64,000 bases of DNA from Vicinamibacterales bacterium (GTDB lineage Bacteria > Acidobacteriota > Vicinamibacteria > Vicinamibacterales > UBA8438), in assembly GCA_965203525.1 (NCBI GenBank), contig OZ241898.1, positions 1,024,176 through 1,088,175 of the forward strand. Reading direction: 5' to 3'. Positions 57,453 to 64,000 of this stretch are shown here, piece by piece. Each line of letters opens with the position of its first letter. The first letter of the stretch is position 1. The notes below the pieces were generated by a model. That model was not told where the DNA came from. It made no database searches and worked only from the letters and a program-made list of their open reading frames with translations. Position numbers and translations under genes: made by a program.

Positions 57453-58454
57453 ATGCTGATCGAGATGCTCGTCTCCGTCGCCGTCGTCGTCGGGTTGCTG
57501 GGGGTCGTCTTCGGCCTGGTCGACCCGTCGCGCGGCGCGGTGGCCGTGCAGACGCAGGCGGCGGAAGTCAATCAGCGCCAGCGCGCCGCCCTGGGCGAGC
57601 TCCAGCGGCAGCTTCTCCTGGCCGGAAGCGGCCCGCGCCCCGGGGTGGACGGTGTCGTCGCGCATCTGCGCCCGGCGGTCGCCCCTGCGTTGCGCGGCGC
57701 CGCCGCGGATCGCGCGCCGGGGGCGGATCGCCTGTCCGTGCTGTACGTGCCGCCGGGGGCGCAGGGCGCGCGGATCGCCGGCGACCTCGCCGCCAGCCCG
57801 GCGCGCGTCGGGCTGGCGGCGGCCGCCGGCTGCGCGTTGCCGTGCGGACTGTCGGACCGGGGAGGGGGGCTGGCGATCGTCTACGACGCGGCCGGCCGCT
57901 CGGACCTGTACCGCATCACCGATCTCGCCGGCGCCTCCGCGCTGCTGGAGCACCTCGGCGGCGGGGCGCCCGCCTACGGCGCCGGCTCGCGGATCGCGCC
58001 GGTGACGCTGCGCGGCTACTACCTGGATCGCGAAGCCGAGGTCCTGCGGGTCCACAACGGGGCGGGCAGCGACCTGCCGTTCGTCGACGGCGTCGTCGAC
58101 TTCACCGTCCGCTACTTCGGCGTCGCCCGGCCGGCGTCGCCGCCCGGCGGACCGGCGGCGGTGGCGGCGCCCTGCCTGGCCGCCGCCGCCGCCGGTTCCG
58201 CTCCCGCTTCCGGGATCGGTCCGCTCGACCTGACGCTGCTCGGAGACGATGCGTCGTGCGGCGGAGGCGGGACGCCGTTCGACGTCGATCTGTTCCGCAT
58301 CCGGCGGGTGCGGGTCGACGTCACGTTGCGCGTGGCGGACGCCGCGTGGCGGCGGCCGGCGGCAGGGCCGCTCCTGACGCCGGCGCGCAACGCCGCCGTC
58401 CGCGACGTCGCCGCGAGCCTCGACGTCGCGCCGCGGAGCCTCGCCGGCTGGTAG
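57453..58454 (+). CDS. PilW-like minor pilin
   Basis: N-terminus MLIEMLVSVAVVVGLLGVVFG. There is no room for a leader, because an in-frame stop lies 5 codons upstream. Confidence 0.55.
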   Translation: MLIEMLVSVAVVVGLLGVVFGLVDPSRGAVAVQTQAAEVNQRQRAALGELQRQLLLAGSGPRPGVDGVVAHLRPAVAPALRGAAADRAPGADRLSVLYVPPGAQGARIAGDLAASPARVGLAAAAGCALPCGLSDRGGGLAIVYDAAGRSDLYRITDLAGASALLEHLGGGAPAYGAGSRIAPVTLRGYYLDREAEVLRVHNGAGSDLPFVDGVVDFTVRYFGVARPASPPGGPAAVAAPCLAAAAAGSAPASGIGPLDLTLLGDDASCGGGGTPFDVDLFRIRRVRVDVTLRVADAAWRRPAAGPLLTPARNAAVRDVAASLDVAPRSLAGW

Positions 58455-58543
58455 CGATGGCTCGCCGGGGCTGCGCCATGACGGGGCGGGTGACGACGAA
58501 CCACGGTCTGCGAACTCGCCGGCTGGTGACGATGGCTCGCCGG
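58440..58543. repeat. 29-bp duplication (period 75) of the stop/start junction between minor pilin genes
   Basis: ctcgccggctggtAGcgatggctcgccgg (58440) versus ctcgccggctggtGAcgatggctcgccgg (58515). Confidence 0.85.
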
Positions 58544-59188
58544 CGACGTTCCGGCCGGGGCGAGGAAGGCTTCGCCCTGATCGTCACCATGATGGCGGGG
58601 CTGCTGCTGGTGGCTCTCGCCGGGGTGCTGGCGCCGCTGTCCCTGATCGAGACCGCGGTGGGCGTGAACCACCGCCGCGCCGTGCAGGCGCTGTACGCGG
58701 CCGAGGCGGCGCTGGAGCTGGCGGCGGCGGAGCTGGACTCGTTCCCGGACTGGAGCGGGGTCCTGGACGGCTCGCTGCGGTCGGGGTTCCGGGCCTCCGC
58801 CCTTGCGCCCGCCATGCCGGACGGGACGCGCATCGACCTGCCCGCGATCGCCGATCGGCTGCGGGCGAGCGGGGCCGGGGCGCGCTCGGCCGGCCGCGGG
58901 CTCGAATGGAGGCTGTTCGCGCACGGCCCGCTCGGTGTCCGGGCGGCGACGCCGGCGGGCTACGGTCCGTGGCTCGTCGCGGTCTGGATCGCCGACGACG
59001 CGGCGGACCCGGACGCCGATCCGGAGGTGGACGGCAACGGCGTCGTGGTCGCGCACGCGGCGGCGTTCGGGCCGCGCCGCGCCGAGCGGGCGGTGCAGGC
59101 GACCCTGGTCCGGCAGACCGTCACCCCGCCGCCGCCGTCGCCCCCCGCCGCGCGCGTGCGGGTGATCTCGTGGAGCATCGTGCGCTGA
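58532..59188 (+). CDS. PilX-like minor pilin
   Basis: MARRRRSGRGEEGFALIVTMMAGLLLVAL... An in-frame alternative ATG at 58457, in the duplicated copy, would add 25 residues. Confidence 0.6.
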   Translation: MARRRRSGRGEEGFALIVTMMAGLLLVALAGVLAPLSLIETAVGVNHRRAVQALYAAEAALELAAAELDSFPDWSGVLDGSLRSGFRASALAPAMPDGTRIDLPAIADRLRASGAGARSAGRGLEWRLFAHGPLGVRAATPAGYGPWLVAVWIADDAADPDADPEVDGNGVVVAHAAAFGPRRAERAVQATLVRQTVTPPPPSPPAARVRVISWSIVR

Positions 59189-59281
59189 GCGGGAGGGACG
59201 GCGCCGGCCTGCGTGCGCGGAACATGGCCGCGGGCGCATGCGAGGCCGGGCACTGCGCTGCGCGGGACGGGCGGCGCCGGC

Positions 59282-60367
59282 CTACGCGCCGGTGCCGATG
59301 GCACGCAACGAACCCCTGAATTCGTCGTCGGTCACGTCGTCGACGATCCGGGTGGCGCCGATGCCGGCCGGCAGCACGACGTGCAGGCGACCGTCGCGGA
59401 CCTTCTTGTCGCGCCGCATCGCCTCGACGAGCGCCTGCGCCGAGAGGTCGCCGACCGACGGCAGCGGTCCGAGCCGGGCGACGAGGTCCGCCAGCGCCGC
59501 CCGCTCCGCTTCCGCGAGGACGCCGCGCCGGACGCCGAGGTCGGCGACCGCGAGCATGCCGTGGGCGACCGCCTCGCCGTGCCGGAAGCGGCGGTACTTC
59601 GTGACCGCTTCGATGGCGTGGCCCGCCGTGTGCCCGAAGTTCAGGATGCGGCGCGGGCCGCTCTCGCGCTCGTCCTCGGCCACGACCCGCGCCTTGATCC
59701 GGCAGGAGTCGGCTATCACCGGGACCAGCGCGTCCTGCTCGCGGCGGACGATGGCGCGCAGGTCGCGTCCCACCCGCTCGAACAGGCCGCGGTCGGCGAT
59801 CATGCCGTACTTGATCACCTCGTAGAGACCGGCTCGGAACTCGCGCCGGGGCAGCGTGCCGAGCAACTCCGGGTCGGCGAAGACCGCGAGCGGCTGGTGG
59901 AACGAGCCGATCAGGTTCTTGCCGAGCCGATGGTTGACGCCCACCTTGCCGCCGATGGAGCTGTCGACCTGCGCGAGCAGCGTGGTCGGAACGTGCGCGA
60001 GTCCGACGCCGCGCAGCCAGGTCGCCGCCGCGAAGCCGGCCACGTCGCCGATCACGCCGCCCCCGATCGCGACGACGGTGACGCCGCGGTCGGCCGCCAT
60101 GCGAACCAGCGCGTCGTGGATCCGGGCGACGGTCCGGGTGGTCTTGGAGCGCTCGCCGTCGGGGACCAGGACGTGCTCCGCGCTCCCGAGGGCCCGCGCC
60201 ACGGCCGGGCCGTGCGCCTTCCATACCGTGGGGCTGGAGACGGCCACGCGCCGGCCGCCGACCCCCGCTTCGTCGAGCAGCGCGTCGAGCCGCGCGAGGA
60301 GGCCGGGGCCGACGTGGACGGGGTACTTCCGCGACGCGGCGGCGACCTGGATCACGATGGCGGGCAT
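59282..60367 (-). CDS. aroB: 3-dehydroquinate synthase
   Basis: VVAIGGGVIGDVAGFAAATWLRGV...VPTTLLAQVDSSIGGKVGVN....KN.IG.F.QP; ...LNFGHT.GHAIE. The ATG at 60367 is in the frame of ORF 59282..61999. Confidence 0.92.
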   Translation of the reverse strand: MPAIVIQVAAASRKYPVHVGPGLLARLDALLDEAGVGGRRVAVSSPTVWKAHGPAVARALGSAEHVLVPDGERSKTTRTVARIHDALVRMAADRGVTVVAIGGGVIGDVAGFAAATWLRGVGLAHVPTTLLAQVDSSIGGKVGVNHRLGKNLIGSFHQPLAVFADPELLGTLPRREFRAGLYEVIKYGMIADRGLFERVGRDLRAIVRREQDALVPVIADSCRIKARVVAEDERESGPRRILNFGHTAGHAIEAVTKYRRFRHGEAVAHGMLAVADLGVRRGVLAEAERAALADLVARLGPLPSVGDLSAQALVEAMRRDKKVRDGRLHVVLPAGIGATRIVDDVTDDEFRGSLRAIGTGA

Positions 60368-60457
60368 GCGCGCCGGTACAATAGCACCACCCCGCGGCGG
60401 CGGGGCGGCGGCGCGGGGTCGCGCCGCGGGGAAAGAATCGAACGAGGACAGGAGCAG

Positions 60458-61909
60458 ATGGCGCCGAAACAGCAGGCTTTCGTGACCGGGATCACCGCGC
60501 GGTCGGAGGACTTCTCGCGCTGGTACACCGACGTGATCCGCCGCGCCGAGCTGGCCGACTACTCCCCGGTCAAGGGGAGCATGGTGATCCGGCCGTACGG
60601 CTACGCCATCTGGGAGCTGATGCAGGCGGCCCTGGACCGGCGGTTCAAGGAGACCGGCCACGTCAACGCGTACTTCCCGCTGTTCATTCCGGAGAGCCTG
60701 CTCCGCAAGGAGGCGGCGCACGTCGAAGGCTTCGCGCCGGAGGTCGCCTGGGTCACCCGCGGCGGCGACGAAACGCTGGAGGAGCCGCTCGTGGTCCGCC
60801 CGACGTCCGAGGCGATCATCGGCACGATGTACGCGAAGTGGGTGCAGTCGTGGCGCGACCTGCCGATCCTGATCAACCAGTGGGCCAACGTGGTGCGCTG
60901 GGAGAAGGTCACGCGGCTGTTCCTGCGGACCACCGAGTTCCTGTGGCAGGAGGGGCACACCGCCCACGAGACCGAGGAGGAGGCCGAAGCCGAGGCGCGG
61001 CGCATGCTGGGGGTCTACAAGGAGTTCCTGGAGACCGAGCTCGCCGTGCCGGTGCTGGACGGGCGCAAGACCGACAGCGAGAAGTTCGCCGGGGCCGTCC
61101 GCACCTACTCGGTCGAAGCGCTGATGGGGGATGGACGAGCCCTGCAGGCGGGGACCTCGCACCATCTGGGCCAGAACTTCGCGAAGGTGTTCGACATCAC
61201 CTTCCAGGCGCGGGACAAGTCCGTGCAGCACGTCTGGCAGACCTCGTGGGGCATGACGACCCGGCTCATCGGCGGCGTCGTCATGGTGCACGGCGACGAC
61301 AGCGGCCTGATCCTGCCGCCCCGGATCGCCCCGCACCAGGTGGTCGTCGTGCCGATCCCGCGGGGCGACTGGCGCGCCACCGTGCTGCCGCGCGCGCAGG
61401 AGGTCGCGGCGGTCCTGAAACGGGCCGGGCTGCGCGTCGTGCTCGACGATCGGGAAGAGCACAAGCCGGGCTGGAAGTTCTCCGAGTGGGAGATGCGGGG
61501 CGTGCCGCTGCGGCTGGAGATCGGTCCCCGGGACGTCGAGCGGGAGCAGGTCCTGGTGGCGCGACGGGACACCCGCGAGAAGCTGACGGTGCCGCTCGGC
61601 GGGCTGGAGGAGCGTGTCGCCGGGCTCCTCGACGCGATTCAGGCCGCGCTGTTCGAGCGGGCGGCGGCGTTCCGCGACGGCCACACCCTCCGGACCACCT
61701 CCGGCGAGGAGTTCCGGCGCGCCTTCGAGGGGCGGCCGGGCTTCGTGATCGCGCCTTGGTGCGGGTCCGCCGACTGCGAGGCGCGGATCAAGGCGGACAC
61801 GCAGGCGACGATCCGCAACCTCGCGTTCGACCTGCCGCCGGCGACCGGCCCCTGCGTCCGTTGCGGCCGGCCGGGGCTGACCGACCCGTACTTCGCCAAG
61901 TCGTACTAA
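60458..61909 (+). CDS. proS: Proline--tRNA ligase (archaeal/eukaryote-like class IIa form)
   Basis: DFSRWYTDVIRRAELADYSPVKG..VIRPYGYAIWE; FLRTTEFLWQEGHTAH; C-terminal zinc-binding ...CGSADCE...CVRCG...YFAKSY. Confidence 0.93.
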   Translation: MAPKQQAFVTGITARSEDFSRWYTDVIRRAELADYSPVKGSMVIRPYGYAIWELMQAALDRRFKETGHVNAYFPLFIPESLLRKEAAHVEGFAPEVAWVTRGGDETLEEPLVVRPTSEAIIGTMYAKWVQSWRDLPILINQWANVVRWEKVTRLFLRTTEFLWQEGHTAHETEEEAEAEARRMLGVYKEFLETELAVPVLDGRKTDSEKFAGAVRTYSVEALMGDGRALQAGTSHHLGQNFAKVFDITFQARDKSVQHVWQTSWGMTTRLIGGVVMVHGDDSGLILPPRIAPHQVVVVPIPRGDWRATVLPRAQEVAAVLKRAGLRVVLDDREEHKPGWKFSEWEMRGVPLRLEIGPRDVEREQVLVARRDTREKLTVPLGGLEERVAGLLDAIQAALFERAAAFRDGHTLRTTSGEEFRRAFEGRPGFVIAPWCGSADCEARIKADTQATIRNLAFDLPPATGPCVRCGRPGLTDPYFAKSY

Positions 61910-61967
61910 GAGGCGGGGAACTTTCGCCAAAGTCGTACCGGTGAATGGTTGGGCAGGGATCGAAACC

Positions 61968-63548
61968 ATGCGCTCGTTCAACACCGCCGGCCCCGTCAAT
62001 CCGACCGATCACTACCTGATCCCGCCGCTGTCGAGGATCGATCCGGACGAGGTGCTCGGCCTGGTGCGGGACAAGAAGTACTTCGTGCTGCACGCGCCGC
62101 GGCAGACCGGCAAGACCTCGGCGCTGCTGGCCCTGGCCGATGTGCTGAACGAACGGGGCTACCACTGCGTGTACGTCACCGTGGAGACCGCCCGCACCGC
62201 CCGCGACGACGTGGCGCGGGCGATGCGCGTGGTCCTCGCCGCGCTGGCGCGGGCGGCGGGTTCGGACCTGGGCGACCGGTTTCTGCAAGGCGTCTGGGCG
62301 AAAACCCTCGCCGAGGTCGGGCCGGATCTGGCGTTGATCGAGGCGCTGTCGCGCTGGGCGGAGGCGGCGCCGCGGCCGCTGGTGCTGCTGATCGACGAGA
62401 TCGACACCCTGGTCGGCGATTCGCTGCTGTCGGTGCTGCAGCAACTCCGCGCCGGCTACCCCGACCGCCCGGAACGCTTCCCGCAGAGCGTCGTGCTGTG
62501 CGGCCTGCGCGACGTGCGCGACTACCGCATGGGCGCCTCCGGCAGCCCGTTCAACGTCGCCGCGAAGTCGCTGCGGCTGGGGGACTTCTCGCGGCAGGAG
62601 ACGCTGGCACTGCTCGGCCAGCACACCGCGGAGACCGGGCAGGCGTTCGCGCCGGAAGCGCTGGAGGCGGTGTGGACGCAGACGCGCGGCCAGCCGTGGC
62701 TGGTGAACGCGCTGGCGTACGGAGCCTGTTTCGAGAACAAGACGTTGCGCGCCGACCGTTCGCGCCCGGTCACCGCGGCCGACGTCGCCGCGGTCCGCGA
62801 GCAGCTCATCGTCAACCGGGTGACGCACCTGGACTATCTGGCGGACAAGCTGCGGGAGGAGCGCGTGCGGCGGGTGATCGAGCCGATGCTGACCGGCGCG
62901 GACCGGTACGCCTTCACGGACCGCGACGTCGGATACGCACGCGACCTGGGGCTGCTGGCGCAGGACGCGCCGGTGCGCATCGCCAACCCGATCTACGCCG
63001 AAGTGCTGCCGCGCGAACTGGCCTGGGTGGCGCAGGAGACGCTGGACCTGTCGCCGCCGCGGTACCTGCGGGCGGACGGCAGCCTCGACGCGGCGCTGCT
63101 GCTGGCGGAGTTCCAGGACTTCTTCCGGCGCCACTCCGAGCACTGGCGGAACCGCTTCGCCTACGAGGAGGCGTGGCCGCAGCTACTGCTGCAGGCGTAT
63201 CTGCAGCGGGTGGTGAACGGGGGCGGGCGCATCGAGCGGGAGTATGCGCTGGGGAGCGGGCGGGTGGACCTGCTGATCGTCTGGCCGCTGGCGGACGGGA
63301 TGCAGGAGTTGGTGGTGGAGTGCAAGGTGGTGCGGGAGCGCGACGGCCTCGAGAGCACGATCGACGAGGGGGTGGAGCAGACGGCGCGCTACGTGGCGCG
63401 CTGCGCGGCCGAGGCGGGGCATCTGGTGGTCATCGACCAGCGGGAGGACCGGAGCTGGGACGAGAAGACGTTCCACCACCGGCGCCGCCCGGCCCGCCCG
63501 CAAAGCGGCGCCGGCGCCGCGCCGTCAGTGGACGTGTGGGGCATGTGA
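61968..63548 (+). CDS. P-loop AAA-type ATPase with C-terminal PD-(D/E)XK nuclease-like domain
   Basis: MRSFNTAGPVNPTDHYLIPP; Walker A HAPRQTGKTS; Walker B LVLLIDEID. The C-terminal GRVDLLIVWP....ELVVECKV gives D...ExK. Confidence 0.7.
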   Translation: MRSFNTAGPVNPTDHYLIPPLSRIDPDEVLGLVRDKKYFVLHAPRQTGKTSALLALADVLNERGYHCVYVTVETARTARDDVARAMRVVLAALARAAGSDLGDRFLQGVWAKTLAEVGPDLALIEALSRWAEAAPRPLVLLIDEIDTLVGDSLLSVLQQLRAGYPDRPERFPQSVVLCGLRDVRDYRMGASGSPFNVAAKSLRLGDFSRQETLALLGQHTAETGQAFAPEALEAVWTQTRGQPWLVNALAYGACFENKTLRADRSRPVTAADVAAVREQLIVNRVTHLDYLADKLREERVRRVIEPMLTGADRYAFTDRDVGYARDLGLLAQDAPVRIANPIYAEVLPRELAWVAQETLDLSPPRYLRADGSLDAALLLAEFQDFFRRHSEHWRNRFAYEEAWPQLLLQAYLQRVVNGGGRIEREYALGSGRVDLLIVWPLADGMQELVVECKVVRERDGLESTIDEGVEQTARYVARCAAEAGHLVVIDQREDRSWDEKTFHHRRRPARPQSGAGAAPSVDVWGM

Positions 63549-63616
63549 CGCGCTCCGGTCGTCCCGGCGTCTGCGCCGTGCGCCGGGGCGGGGCGGTTGC
63601 GCACGAGGCGGCCGGT

Positions 63617-64000
63617 TCACGGCGTGCGCGCCACGAAGGTGGCGCGGCGGTTCAGACGGCGCGTCTCCTCGCGCGAGTTGTCGTGCGCCGGCCGTTCCTC
63701 GCCGTAGCTGATCGTCTCCAGGCGTGCGGCCGGCACGCCGCGGTCGAGCAGGTACTGCCGGACCGCGGCGGCGCGGCGATCGCCCAGTGCCAAGTTGTAT
63801 TCGTTGGTGCCGATGCTGCAGGCGTGTCCCTCGATCAGGATCCGGAGCCCCGGATTTTCCGCCATCGCCCCGACCACCTCGTCGAGCACCCGCGCGGCGC
63901 CCGGCCGCAGCGCGTGCTGGTCGAAGTCGAAGTGGACGTCCTCGAACGCGAAGTCGGGCGGCGGCGGAGGGGGGCTGACGAACACCGTGGCCGTGTCCGA
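63617..64000 (-). CDS. OmpA/Pal-family peptidoglycan-binding protein, N-terminus beyond window edge
   Basis: FDFDQHALRPGA...L..V...........I.IEGHACSIGTNEYNLALGDRRAAAVRQYL...G.....L..ISYGEE.P. The reading frame stays open to position 64000. Confidence 0.85.
   Translation of the reverse strand, partial: SDTATVFVSPPPPPPDFAFEDVHFDFDQHALRPGAARVLDEVVGAMAENPGLRILIEGHACSIGTNEYNLALGDRRAAAVRQYLLDRGVPAARLETISYGEERPAHDNSREETRRLNRRATFVARTP

Noticed and set aside
57438-57455. Possible missing leader or frameshift at the PilW-like gene start
   Set aside because: An in-frame stop lies 5 codons upstream of ATG 57453, and I saw no alternative frame carrying a G-F/M-T-L-I-E leader. I accepted it as a leaderless-looking start with reduced confidence rather than calling a pseudogene.

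Overview
Very GC-rich bacterial chromosomal segment. Third codon positions are almost all G/C, so most long overlapping or antisense ORFs in the track are artefacts. The pilin and ABC transporter architectures look Acidobacteriota-like, but the sequence alone cannot prove this. The backbone is housekeeping: yebC-ruvCAB, fabH, queA, tRNA-CAU, tilS-ftsH-folP, cdaA-cdaR-glmM, queE-queC, aroB, proS. There are also two convergent FtsX/MacB-type ABC export clusters and a type IV pilus cluster (pilB-pilT-pilC-pilin ... pilD plus three minor pilins). The pilus cluster is interrupted by a VKOR-DsbA fusion and an ABC-2 transporter. Accessory or unusual content follows. (1) A compact microcompartment locus at 24.8-27.4 kb: class II aldolase with a C-terminal encapsulation-peptide-like helix, one BMC-H, three BMC-P, and a tiny Cys-tailed protein, with no aldehyde dehydrogenase core nearby. 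(2) A thioredoxin-fold/DsbD-alpha fusion whose redox motif reads W-TGA-P-Y-C, a candidate selenoprotein with a hairpin just downstream. (3) A single-gene ABC-ATPase/DUF4435-TOPRIM fusion (PARIS/OLD-like). (4) A single-chain type IIG-like restriction-modification gene split by an ISL3 element with a clean 8-bp target duplication. (5) A frameshifted AAA ATPase coupled to an AlbA_2/Schlafen-like protein at the left edge, followed by an iteron-like array of TAGTTGACSGG units. (6) A decayed orphan N6-methyltransferase and a solitary AAA plus PD-(D/E)XK gene. (7) At least twelve imperfect local duplications with a ~71-79 bp period (or about half or double that). Nearly all sit exactly on gene starts, stops or junctions. 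One creates a chimeric 25-codon ORF that bridges pilB and pilT. No tools were run; all calls rest on reading the translated ORFs and the DNA by eye.
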